In this document: in pieces, positions 40,601-54,990 of the stretch
Layout of the letters: every line of letters begins with the position of its first letter
Numbering within the stretch: the stretch's first letter is position 1
NCBI GenBank assembly: GCA_964016885.1
Contig: OZ024744.1
Span: 52,948,001 to 53,012,000 of the forward strand
Length of the DNA stretch: 64,000 nt
Direction: 5' to 3'
Origin: Eledone cirrhosa
Taxonomy: Eukaryota
Position numbers and translations under genes: made by a program
The notes under the pieces: generated by a model
Told to the model about the DNA's origin: nothing
The model's input: the letters and a program-made list of their open reading frames with translations, nothing else
The model's database searches: none

Positions 40601-42780
40601 AGTCTAGTGACAAGTGTAAGACATGTGACCAGTAAACACATCAACTACAAGACTACACCAGCACCTCTCTCTCAGTCTAGTGACAAGTGTAAGACATGTG
40701 TCCAGTAATTACATCAACTACAAGACTACACCAGCACCTCTCTCTCAGTCTAGTGACAAGTGTAAGACATGTGACCAGTAAACATATCAACTACAAGACT
40801 ACACCAGCCCCTCTCTCTCAGTCTAGTGACAAGTGTAACTCATGTGACCAGTAAACATATCAACTACAAGACTACACCAGCACCTCTCTCTCAGTCTAGT
40901 GACAAGTGTAACTCATGTGACCAGTAAACATATCAACTACAAGACTACACCAGCACCTCTCTCTCAGTCTAGTGACAAGTGTAAGTCATGTGACCAGTAA
41001 ACACATCAACTACAAGACTACACCAGCACCACTCTCTCAGTCTAGTGACAAGTGTAAGACATGTGACCAGTAAACACATCAACTACAAGACTACGCCAGC
41101 ACCTCTCTCTCAGTCTAGTGACAAGTGTAACTCATGTGACCAGTAAACATATCAACTACAAGACTACACCAGCACCTCTCTCTCAGTCTAGTGACAAGTG
41201 TAAGCCATGTGACCAGTAAACATCTCAACTACAAGACTACACCAGCACCTCTCTCTCAGTCTAGTGACAAGTGTAAGACATGTGACCAGTAAATATATCA
41301 ACTACAAGACTACACCAGCACCTCTCTCTCAGTCTAGTGACAAGTGTAAGACATGTGACCAGTAAACATATCAACTACAAGACTACACCAGCACCTCTCT
41401 CTCAGTCAAGTGACAAGTGTAAGACATGTGACCAGTAAACACATCAACTACAAGACTACACCAGCACCACTCTCTCAGTCTAGTGACAAGTGTAAGACAT
41501 GTGACCAGTAATTACATCAACTACAAGACTACACCAGCACCTCTCTCTCAGTCTAGTGACAAGTGTAAGACATGTGACCAGTAAACATATCAACTACAAG
41601 ACTACACCAGCACCTCTCTCTCAGTCTAGTGACAAGTGTAAGACATGTGACCAGTAAACATATCAACTACAACACTACACCAGCACCTCTCTCTCAGTCT
41701 AGTGACAAGTGTAAGCCATGTGACCAGTAAACATATCAACTACAAGACTACACCAGCACCTCTCTCTCAGTCTAGTGACAAGTGTAAGACATGTGACCAG
41801 TAAACACATCAACTACAAGACTACACCAGCACCACTCTCTCAGTCTAGTGACAAGTGTAAGACATGTGACCAGTAATTACATCAACTACAAGACTACACC
41901 AGCACCACTCTCTCAGTCTAGTGACAAGTGTAAGACATGTGACCAGTAATTACATCAACTACAAGACTACACCAGCACCTCTCTCTCAGTCTAGTGACAA
42001 GTGTAAGACATGTGACCAGTAAACACATCAACTACAAGACTACACCAGCACCTCTCTCTCAGTCTAGTGACAAGTGTAAGACATGTGACCAGTAAACATA
42101 TCAACTACAAGACTACACCAGCACCTCTCTCTCAGTCTAGTGACAAGTGTAAGACATGTGACCAGTAAACACATCAACTGCAAGACTACACCAGCACCTC
42201 TCTCTCAGTCTAGTGACAAGTGTAAGACATGTGACCAGTAATTACATCAACTACAAGACTACACCAGCACCTCTCTCTCAGTCTAGTGACAAGTGTAACA
42301 CATGTGACCAGTAAACATATCAACTACAAGACTACACCAGCACCACTCTCTCAGTCTAGTGACAAGTGTAACTCATGTGACCAGTAAACATATCAACTAC
42401 AAGACTACACCAGCACCTCTCTCTCAGTCTAGTGACAAGTGTAAGCCATGTGACCAGTAAACATATCAACTACAAGACTACACCAGCACCTCTCTCTCAG
42501 TCTAGTGACAAGTGTAAGACATGTGACCAGTAAACATATCAACTACAAGACTACACCAACACCTCTCTCTCAGTCTAGTGACAAGTGTAAGACATGTGAC
42601 CAGTAAACACATCAACTACAAGACTACACCAGCACCACTCTCTCAGTCTAGTGACAAGTGTAAGACATGTGACCAGTAATTACATCAACTACAAGACTAC
42701 ACCAGCACCACTCTCTCAGTCTAGTGACAAGTGTAAGACATGTGACCAGTAATTACATCAACTACAAGACTACAGCAGCA
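37612..42780 (+). repeat. 41-monomer (2993-bp) offset duplication with an internal 8-monomer (584-bp) tandem duplication in the first copy
   Basis: ACATGTGTCC 37701/40694, CGCCAG 38101/41094 and AACTGC 39183/42176 are all offset by 2993. An extra AACTGC at 39767 equals 39183+584. Confidence 0.85.
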
Positions 42781-45700
42781 CCTCTCTCTCAGTCTAGTGT
42801 CAAGTGTAAGACATGTGACCAGTAAACACATCAACTACAAACTACACCAGCACATCTCTCTCAGTCTAGTGACAAGTGTAAGACATGTGACCAGTAAACA
42901 TATCAACTACAAGACTACACCAGCACCTCTCTCTCAGTCTAGTGACAAGTGTAAGACATGTGACCAGTAAACACATAAACTACAAGACTACACCAGCACC
43001 TCTCTCTCAGTCTAGTGACAAGTGTAAGACATGTGACCAGTAATTACATCAACTACAAGACTACACCAGCACCTCTCTCTCAGTCTAGTGACAAGTGTAA
43101 CTCATGTGACCAGTAAACATATCAACTACAAGACTACACCAGCACCACTCTCTCAGTCTAGTGACAAGTGTAACTCATGTGACCAGTAAACATATCAACT
43201 ACAAGACTACACCAGCACCTCTCTCTCAGTCTAGTGACAAGTGTAAGCCATGTGACCAGTAAACACATCAACTACAAGACTACACCAGCACCACTCTCTC
43301 AGTCTAGTGACAAGTGTAAGACATGTGACCAGTAAACATATCAACTACAAGACTACACCAGCACCTCTCTCTCAGTCTAGTGACAAGTGTAAGACATGTG
43401 ACCAGTAAACATATCAACTACAAGACTACACCAGCACCTCTCTCTCAGTCTAGTGACAGGTGTAAGACATGTGACCAGTAAACATATCAACTACAAGACT
43501 ACACCAGCACCTCTCTCTCAGTCTAGTGACAAGTGTAAGCCATGTGATCAGTAAACATATCAACTACAAGACTACACCAGCACCTCTCTCTCAGTCTAGT
43601 GACAAGTGTAAGACATGTGACCAGTAAACATATCAACTACAAGACTACACCAGCACCTCTCTCTCAGTCTAGTGACAAGTGTAAGACATGTGACCAGTAA
43701 ACACATCAACTACAAGACTACACCAGCACCTCTCTCTCAGTCTAGTGACAAGTGTAACTCATGTGACCAGTAATTACATCAACTACAAGACTACACCAGC
43801 ACCACTCTCTCAGTCTAGTGACAAGTGTAAGACATGTGACCAGTAAACATATCAACTACAAGACTACACCAGCACCTCTCTCTCAGTCTAGTGACAAGTG
43901 TAACTCATGTGACCAGTAATTACATCAACTACAAGACTACACCAGCACCTCTCTCTCAGTCTAGTGACAAGTGTAAGACATGTGACCAGTAAACATATCA
44001 ACTACAAGACTACACCAGCACCACTCTCTCAGTCTAGTGACAAGTGTAAGACATGTGACCAGTAAACATATCAACTACAAGACTACACCAGCACCTCTCT
44101 CTCAGTCTAGTGACAAGTGTAAGACATGTGACCAGTAAACATATCAACTACAAGACTACACCAGCACCACTCTCCCAGTCTAGTGACAAGTGTAAGACAT
44201 GTGACCAGTAAACATATCAACTACAACACTACACCAGCACCTCTCTCTCAGTCTAGTGACAAGTGTAAGCCATGTGACCAGTAAACATATCAACTACAAG
44301 ACTACACCAGCACCTCTCTCTCAGTCTAGTGACAAGTGTAAGACATGTGACCAGTAAACATATCAACTACAAGACTACACCAGCACCTCTCTCTCAGTCT
44401 AGTGACAAGTGTAAGACATGTGACCAGTAAACACATCAACTACAAGACTACACCAGCACCACTCTCTCAGTCTAGTGACAAGTGTAAGACATGTGACCAG
44501 TAATTACATCAACTACAAGACTACACCAGCACCACTCTCTCAGTCTAGTGACAAGTGTAAGACATGTGACCAGTAATTACATCAACTACAAGACTACACC
44601 AGCACCTCTCTCTCAGTCTAGTGACAAGTGTAAGACATGTGACCAGTAAACACATCAACTACAAACTACACCAGCACATCTCTCTCAGTCTAGTGACAAG
44701 TGTAAGACATGTGACCAGTAAACATATCAACTACAAGACTACACCAGCACCTCTCTCTCAGTCTAGTGACAAGTGTAAGACATGTGACCAGTAAACACAT
44801 AAACTACAAGACTACACCAGCACCTCTCTCTCAGTCTAGTGACAAGTGTAAGACATGTGACCAGTAATTACATCAACTACAAGACTACACCAGCACCTCT
44901 CTCTCAGTCTAGTGACAAGTGTAACTCATGTGACCAGTAAACATATCAACTACAAGACTACACCAGCACCACTCTCTCAGTCTAGTGACAAGTGTAACTC
45001 ATGTGACCAGTAAACATATCAACTACAAAACTACACCAGCACCTCCCTCTCAGTCTAGTGACAAGTGTAAGCCATGTGACCAGTAAACACATCAACTACA
45101 AGACTACACCAGCACCACTCTCTCAGTCTAGTGACAAGTGTAAGACATGTGACCAGTAAACATATCAACTACAAGACTACACCAGCACCTCTCTCTCAGT
45201 CTAGTGACAAGTGTAAGACATGTGACCAGTAAACATATCAACTACAAGACTACACCAGCACCTCTCTCTCAGTCTAGTGACAAGTGTAAGACATGTGACC
45301 AGTAAACATATCAACTACAAGACTACACCAGCACCTCTCTCTCAGTCTAGTGACAAGTGTAAGCCATGTGATCAGTAAACATATCAACTACAAGACTACA
45401 CCAGCACCTCTCTGTCTGTCTAGTGACAAGTGTAACTCATGTGACCAGTAAACATATCAACTACAAGACTACACCAGCACCTCTCTCTCAGTCTAGTGAC
45501 AAGTGTAAGTCATGTGACCAGTAAACACATCAACTACAAGACTACACCAGCACCTCTCTCTCAGTCTAGTGACAAGTGTAACTCATGTGACCAGTAAACA
45601 TATCAACTACAAGACTACACCAGCCCCTCTCTCTCAGTCTAGTGACAAGTGTAAGACATGTGACCAGTAATCATATCAACTACAAGACTACACCAGCACC

Positions 45701-48700
45701 TCTCTCTCAGTCTAGTGACAAGTGTAAGACATGTGACCAGTAAACATATCAACTACAAGACTACACCAGCACCTCTCTCTCAGTCTAGTGACAAGTGTAA
45801 GACATGTGACCAGTAAACATATCAACTACAAGACTACACCAGCACCTCTCTCTCAGTCTAGTGACAAGTGTAAGACATGTGACCAGTAAACACATCAACT
45901 ACAAGACTACACCAGCAGCACTCTCTCAGTCTAGTGACAAGTGTAAGACATGTGACCAGTAATTACATCAACTACAAGACTACACCAGCACCTCTCTCTC
46001 AGTCTAGTGACAAGTGTAAGACATGTGACCAGTAAACATATCAACTACAAGACTACACCAGCACCTCTCTCTCAGTCTAGTGACAAGTGTAAGACATGTG
46101 ACCAGTAAACATATCAACTACAAGACTACACCAGCACCTCTCTCTCAGTTTAGTGACAAGTGTAAGACATGTGACCAGTAATTACATCAACTACAAGACT
46201 ACACCAGCACCTCTCTCTCAGTCTAGTGACAAGTGTAAGACATGTGACCAGTAAACACATCAACTACAAGACTACACCAGCACCTCTCTCTCAGTCTAGT
46301 GACAAGTGTAACTCATGTGACCAGTAATTACATCAACTACAAGACTACACCAGCACCACTCTCTCAGTCTAGTGACAAGTGTAAGACATGTGACCAGTAA
46401 ACATATCAACTACAAGACTACACCAGCACCTCTCTCTCAGTCTAGTGACAAGTGTAACTCATGTGACCAGTAATTACATCAACTACAAGACTACACCAGC
46501 ACCTCTCTCTCAGTCTAGTGACAAGTGTAAGACATGTGACCAGTAAACATATCAACTACAAGACTACACCAGCACCACTCTCTCAGTCTAGTGACAAGTG
46601 TAAGACATGTGACCAGTAAACATATCAACTACAAGACTACACCAGCCCCTCTCTCTCAGTCTAGTGACAAGTGTAAGACATGTGACCAGTAAACATATCA
46701 ACTACAAGACTACACCAGCCCCTCTCTCTCAGTCTAGTGACAAGTGTAAGTCATGTGACCAGTAAACATATCAACTACAAGACTACACCAGCACCTCTCT
46801 CTCAGTCTAGTGACAAGTGTAAGACATGTGACCAGTAAACATATCAACTACAAGACTACACCAGCCCCTCTCTCTCAGTCTAGTGACAAGTGTAAGGCAT
46901 GTGACCAGTAAACATATCAACTACAAGACTACACCAGCACCTCTCTCTCAGTCTAGTGACAAGTGTAACTCATGTGACCAGTAAACATATCAACTACAAG
47001 ACTACACCAGCACCACTCTCTCAGTCTAGTGACAAGTGTAAGACATGTGACCAGTAAACATATCAACTACAAGACTACACCAGTACCTCTGTCTCAGTCT
47101 AGTGACAAGTGTAAGACATGTGACCAGTAAACATATCAACTACAAGACTACACCAGCACCTCTCTCTCAGTCTAGTGACAAGTGTAAGTCATGCGACCAG
47201 TAAACATATCAACTACAAGACTACACCAGCACCTCTATCTCAGTCTAGTGACAAGTGTAAGTCATGTGACTAGTAAACACATCAACTACAAGACTACACC
47301 AGCACCTCTCTCTCAGTCTAGTGACAAGTGTAACTCATGTGACCAGTAATTACATCAACTACAAGACTACACCAGCACCTCTCTCTCAGTCTAGTGACAA
47401 GTGTAAGACATGTGACCAGTAAACACATCAACTACAAGACTACACCAGCCCCTCTCTCTCAGACTAGTGACAAGTGTAAGACATGTGACCAGTAAACACA
47501 TCAACTACAAGACTACACCAGCCCCTCTCTCTCAGTCTAGTGACAAGTGTAAGACATGTGACCAGTAATCATATCAACTACAAGACTACACCAGCACCTC
47601 TCTCTCAGTTTAGTGACAACTGTAAGACATGTGACCAGTAAACATATCAACTACAAGACTACACCAGCACCACTCTCTCAGTCTAGTGACAAGTGTAAGA
47701 CATGTGACCAGTAAACATATCAACTACAAGACTACACCAGCACCTCTCTCTCAGTCTAGTGACAAGTGTAAGACATGTGACCAGTAAACATATCAACTAC
47801 AAGACTACACCAGCACCTCTCTCTCAGTCTAGTGACAAGTGTAAGACATGTGACCAGTAAATATATCAACTACAAGACTACACCAGCACCTCTCTCTCAG
47901 TCTAGTGACAAGTGTAACTCATGTGACCAGTAAACATATCAACTACAAGACTACACCAGCAACTCTCTCTCAGTCTAGTGACAAGTGTAACTCATGTGAC
48001 CAGTAATTACATCAACTACAAGACTACACCAGCACCTCTCTCTCAGTCTAGTGACAAGTGTAAGACATGTGACCAGTAAACACATCAACTACAAGACTAC
48101 ACCAGCACCTCTCTCTCAGTCTAGTGACAAGTGTAAGACATGTGACCAGTAATTACATCAACTACAAGACTACACCAGCACCTCTCTCTCAGTCTAGTGA
48201 CAAGTGTAAGACATGTGACCAGTAAACATATCAACTACAAGACTACACCAGCCCCTCTCTCTCAGTCTAGTGACAAGTGTAACTCATGTGACCAGTAAAC
48301 ATATCAACTACAAGACTACACCAGCACCTCTCTCTCGGTCTAGTGACAAGTGTAACTCATGTGACCAGTAAACATATCAACTACAAGACTACACCAGCAC
48401 CTCTCTCTCAGTCTAGTGACAAGTGTAAGACATGTGACCAGTAATCATATCAACTACAAGACTACACCAGCACCTCTCTCTCAGTCTAGTGACAAGTGTA
48501 AGACATGTGACCAGTAAACATATCAACTACAAGACTACACTAGCACCTCTCTCTCAGTCTAGTGACAAGTGTAAGTCATGTGACCAGTAAACACATCAAC
48601 TACAAGACTACACCAGCACCACTCTCTCAGTCTAGTGACAAGTGTAAGGCATGTGACCAGTAAACATATCAACTACAAGACTACACCAGCACCTCTCTCT

Positions 48701-48926
48701 CAGTCTAGTGACAAGTGTAAGACATGTGACCAGTAAACATATCAACTACAAGACTACACCAGCACCTCTCTCTCAGTCTAGTGACAAGTGTAAGGCATGT
48801 GACCAGTAAACATATCAACTACAAGACTACACCAGCACCACTCTCTCTCAGTATAGTGACAAGTGTAAGACATGTGACCAGTAAACACATCAACTACAAG
48901 ACTACACCAGCACCTCTCTCTCAGTC

Positions 48927-51900
48927 TAGTGACAAGTGTAACTCATGTGACCAGTAAACATATCAACTACAAGACTACACCAGCACCACTCTCTCAGTCT
49001 AGTGACAAGTGTAAGACATGTGACCAGTAAACATATCAACTACAAGACTACACCAGCACCTCTCTCTCAGTCTAGTGACAAGTGTAAGACATGTGACCAG
49101 TAAACACATCAACTACAAGACTACACCAGCACCTCTCTCTCAGTCTAGTGACAAGTGTAAGACATGTGACCAGTAAACATATCAACTACAAGACTACACC
49201 AGCACCTCTCTCTCAGTCTAGTGACAAGTGTAACTCATGTGACCAGTAAACATATCAACTACAAGACTACACCAGCACCACTCTCTCAGTCTAGTGACAA
49301 GTGTAAGACATGTGACCAGTAAACATATCAACTACAAGACTACACCAGCACCTCTCTCTCAGTCTAGTGACAAGTGTAAGACATGTGACCAGTAAACATA
49401 TCAACTACAAGACTACACCAGCACCTCTCTCTCAGTCAAGTGACAAGTGTAAGACATGTGACCAGTAAACACATCAACTACAAGACTACACCAGCACCTC
49501 TCTCTCAGTCTAGTGACAAGTGTAAGACATGTCACCAGTAAACATATCAACTACAAGACTACACCAGCACCTCTCTCTCTCAGTCTAGTGACAAGTGTAA
49601 GACATGTGACCAGTAAACACGTCAACTACAAGACTACACCAGCATCACTCTCTCAGACTAGTGACAAGTGTAAGACATGTGACCAGTAAACATATCAACT
49701 ACAAGACTACACCAGCACCTCTCTCTCAGTTTAGTGACAAGTGTAAGACATGTGACCAGTAAACATATCAACTACAAGACTACACCAGCACCTCTCTCTC
49801 AGTCTAGTGACAAGTGTAAGCCATGTGACCAGTAAACATATCAACTACAAGACTACACCAGCACCTCTCTCTCTCAGTTTAGTGACAAGTGTAAGACATG
49901 TGACCAGTAAACATATCAACTACAAGACTACACCAGCACCACTCTCTCAGTCTAGTGACAAGTGTAAGACATGTGACCAGTAATTACATCAACTACAAGA
50001 CTACACCAGCACCTCTCTCTCAGTCTAGTGACAAGAGTAAGACATGTGACCAGTAAACATATCAACTACAAGACTACACCAGCACCTCTCTCTCAGTCTA
50101 GTGACAAGTGTAAGACATGTGACCAGTAAACATATCAACTACAACACTACACCAGCACCTCTCTCTCAGTCTACTGACAAGTGTAAGCCATGTGACCAGT
50201 AAACATATCAACTACAAGACTACACCAGCACCTCTCTTTCAGTCTAGTGACAAGTGTAAGACATGTGACCAGTAAACATATCAACTACAAGACTACACCA
50301 GCACCTCTCTCTCAGTCTAGTGACAAGTGTAAGACATGTGACCAGTAAACACATCAACTACAAGACTACACCAGCACCACTCTCTCAGTCTAGTGACAAG
50401 TGTAAGACATGTGACCAGTAATTACATCAACTACAAGACTACACCAGCAGCACTCTCTCAGTCTAGTGACAAGTGTAAGACATGTGACCAGTAATTACAT
50501 CAACTACAAGACTACACCAGCACCTCTCTCTCAGTCTAGTGACAAGTGTAAGACATGTGACCAGTAAACACATCAACTACAAGACTACACCAGCACCTCT
50601 CTCTCAGTCTAGTGACAAGTGTAACTCATGTGACCAGTAATTACATCAACTACAAGACTACACCAGCACCACTCTCTCAGTCTAGTGACAAGTGTAAGAC
50701 ATGTGACCAGTAAACATATCAACTACAAGACTACACCAGCACCTCTCTCTCAGTCTAGTGACAAGTGTAACTCATGTGACCAGTAATTACATCAACTACA
50801 AGACTACACCAGCACCTCTCTCTCAGTCTAGTGACAAGTGTAAGACATGTGACCAGTAAACATATCAACTACAAGACTACACCAGCACCACTCTCTCAGT
50901 CTAGTGACAAGTGTAAGACATGTGACCAGTAAACATATCAACTACAAGACTACACCAGCCCCTCTGTCTCAGTCTAGTGACAAGTGTAAGACATGTGACC
51001 AGTAAACATATCAACTACAAGACTACACCAGCCCCTCTCTCTCAGTCTAGTGACAAGTGTAAGTCATGTGACCAGTAAACATATCAACTACAAGACTACA
51101 CCAGCACCACTCTCTCAGTCTAGTGACATGTGTAAGGCATGTGACCAGTAAACATATCAACTACAAGACTACACCAGCACCTCTCTCTCAGTCTAGTGAC
51201 AAGTGTAACTCATGTGACCAGTAAACATATCAACTACAAGACTACACCAGCACCTCTCTCTCAGTCTAGTGACAAGTGTAACTCATGTGACCAGTAATTA
51301 CATCAACTACAAGACTACACCAGCACCTCTCTCTCAGTCTAGTGACAAGTGTAAGACATGTGACCAGTAAACACATCAACTACAAGACTACACCAGCCCC
51401 TCTCTCTCAGACTAGTGACAAGTGTAAGACATGTGACCAGTAAACACATCAACTACAAGACTACACCAGCCCCTCTCTCTCAGTTTAGTGACAACTGTAA
51501 GACATGTGACCAGTAAACATATCAACTACAAGACTACACCAGCACCACTCTCTCAGTCTAGTGACAAGTGTAAGACATGTGACCAGTAAACATATCAACT
51601 ACAAGACTACACCAGCACCTCTCTCTCAGTCTAGTGACAAGTGTAAGACATGTGACCAGTAAACATATCAACTACAAGACTACACCAGCACCTCTCTCTC
51701 AGTCTAGTGACAAGTGTAAGACATGTGACCAGTAAATATATCAACTACAAGACTACACCAGCACCTCTCTCTCAGTCTAGTGACAAGTGTAACTCATGTG
51801 ACCAGTAAACATATCAACTACAAGACTACACCAGCACCACTCTCTCAGTCTAGTGACAAGTGTAAGACATGTGACCAGTAAACATATCAACTACAAGACT

Positions 51901-54900
51901 ACACCAGCACCTCTCTCTCAGTCTAGTGACAAGTGTAAGACATGTGACCAGTAAACACATCAACTACAAGACTACACCAGCACCTCTCTCTCAGTCTAGT
52001 GACAAGTGTAAGACATGTGACCAGTAAACATATCAACTACAAGACTACACCAGCACCTCTCTCTCAGTCTAGTGACAAGTGTAACTCATGTGACCAGTAA
52101 ACATATCAACTACAAGACTACACCAGCACCACTCTCTCAGTCTAGTGACAAGTGTAAGACATGTGACCAGTAAACATATCAACTACAAGACTACACCAGC
52201 ACCTCTCTCTCAGTCTAGTGACAAGTGTAAGACATGTGACCAGTAAACATATCAACTACAAGACTACACCAGCACCTCTCTCTCAGTCAAGTGACAAGTG
52301 TAAGACATGTGACCAGTAAACACATCAACTACAAGACTACACCAGCACCTCTCTCTCAGTCTAGTGACAAGTGTAAGACATGTCACCAGTAAACATATCA
52401 ACTACAAGACTACACCAGCACCTCTCTCTCTCAGTCTAGTGACAAGTGTAAGACATGTGACCAGTAAACACATCAACTACAAGACTACACCAGCATCACT
52501 CTCTCAGACTAGTGACAAGTGTAAGACATGTGACCAGTAAACATATCAACTACAAGACTACACCAGCACCTCTCTCTCAGTTTAGTGACAAGTGTAAGAC
52601 ATGTGACCAGTAAACATATCAACTACAAGACTACACCAGCACCTCTCTCTCAGTCTAGTGACAAGTGTAAGCCATGTGACCAGTAAACATATCAACTACA
52701 AGACTACACCAGCACCTCTCTCTCTCAGTTTAGTGACAAGTGTAAGACATGTGACCAGTAAACATATCAACTACAAGACTACACCAGCACCACTCTCTCA
52801 GTCTAGTGACAAGTGTAAGACATGTGACCAGTAATTACATCAACTACAAGACTACACCAGCACCTCTCTCTCAGTCTAGTGACAAGAGTAAGACATGTGA
52901 CCAGTAAACATATCAACTACAAGACTACACCAGCACCTCTCTCTCAGTCTAGTGACAAGTGTAAGACATGTGACCAGTAAACATATCAACTACAACACTA
53001 CACCAGCACCTCTCTCTCAGTCTACTGACAAGTGTAAGCCATGTGACCAGTAAACATATCAACTACAAGACTACACCAGCACCTCTCTTTCAGTCTAGTG
53101 ACAAGTGTAAGACATGTGACCAGTAAACATATCAACTACAAGACTACACCAGCACCTCTCTCTCAGTCTAGTGACAAGTGTAAGACATGTGACCAGTAAA
53201 CACATCAACTACAAGACTACACCAGCACCACTCTCTCAGTCTAGTGACAAGTGTAAGACATGTGACCAGTAATTACATCAACTACAAGACTACACCAGCA
53301 GCACTCTCTCAGTCTAGTGACAAGTGTAAGACATGTGACCAGTAATTACATCAACTACAAGACTACACCAGCACCTCTCTCTCAGTCTAGTGACAAGTGT
53401 AAGACATGTGACCAGTAAACACATCAACTACAAGACTACACCAGCACCTCTCTCTCAGTCTAGTGACAAGTGTAACTCATGTGACCAGTAATTACATCAA
53501 CTACAAGACTACACCAGCACCACTCTCTCAGTCTAGTGACAAGTGTAAGACATGTGACCAGTAAACATATCAACTACAAGACTACACCAGCACCTCTCTC
53601 TCAGTCTAGTGACAAGTGTAACTCATGTGACCAGTAATTACATCAACTACAAGACTACACCAGCACCTCTCTCTCAGTCTAGTGACAAGTGTAAGACATG
53701 TGACCAGTAAACATATCAACTACAAGACTACACCAGCACCACTCTCTCAGTCTAGTGACAAGTGTAAGACATGTGACCAGTAAACATATCAACTACAAGA
53801 CTACACCAGCCCCTCTGTCTCAGTCTAGTGACAAGTGTAAGACATGTGACCAGTAAACATATCAACTACAAGACTACACCAGCCCCTCTCTCTCAGTCTA
53901 GTGACAAGTGTAAGTCATGTGACCAGTAAACATATCAACTACAAGACTACACCAGCACCACTCTCTCAGTCTAGTGACAAGTGTAAGACATGTGACCAGT
54001 AAACATATCAACTACAAGACTACACCAGCCCCTCTCTCTCAGTCTAGTGACAAGTGTAAGACATGTGACCAGTAAACATATCAACTACAAGACTACACCA
54101 GCACCTCTCTCTCAGTCTAGTGACAAGTGTAAGACATGTGACCAGTAAACATATCAACTACAAGACTACACCAGCACCTCTCTCTCAGTCTAGTGACAAG
54201 TGCAAGACATGTGACCAGTAAACATATCAACTACAAGACTACACCAGCACCTCTCTCTCAGTCTAGTGACAAGTGTAAGACATGTGACCAGTAAACATAT
54301 CAACTACAAGACTACACCAGCACCTCTCTCTCAGTCTAGTGACATGTGTAAGGCATGTGACCAGTAAACATATCAACTACAAGACTACACCAGCACCTCT
54401 CTCTCAGTCTAGTGACAAGTGTAACTCATGTGACCAGTAAACATATCAACTACAAGACTACACCAGCACCTCTCTCTCAGTCTAGTGACAAGTGTAACTC
54501 ATGTGACCAGTAATTACATCAACTACAAGACTACACCAGCACCTCTCTCTCAGTCTAGTGACAAGTGTAAGACATGTGACCAGTAAACACATCAACTACA
54601 AGACTACACCAGCCCCTCTCTCTCAGACTAGTGACAAGTGTAAGACATGTGACCAGTAAACACATCAACTACAAGACTACACCAGCCCCTCTCTCTCAGT
54701 TTAGTGACAACTGTAAGACATGTGACCAGTAAACATATCAACTACAAGACTACACCAGCACCACTCTCTCAGTCTAGTGACAAGTGTAAGACATGTGACC
54801 AGTAAACATATCAACTACAAGACTACACCAGCACCTCTCTCTCAGTCTAGTGACAAGTGTAAGACATGTGACCAGTAAACATATCAACTACAAGACTACA

Positions 54901-54990
54901 CCAGCACCTCTCTCTCAGTCTAGTGACAAGTGTAAGACATGTGACCAGTAAATATATCAACTACAAGACTACACCAGCACCTCTCTCTCA
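48927..54990 (+). repeat. Tandem 39-monomer (2851-bp) higher-order duplication; second copy carries 5 extra monomers
   Basis: GTCACC 49531/52382, ACAAGAG 50031/52882 and CCCTCTGTC 50960/53811 are offset by 2851 (39x73+4). GACATGTGTAAGG at 51125/54341 is offset by 2851+365. Confidence 0.85.
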
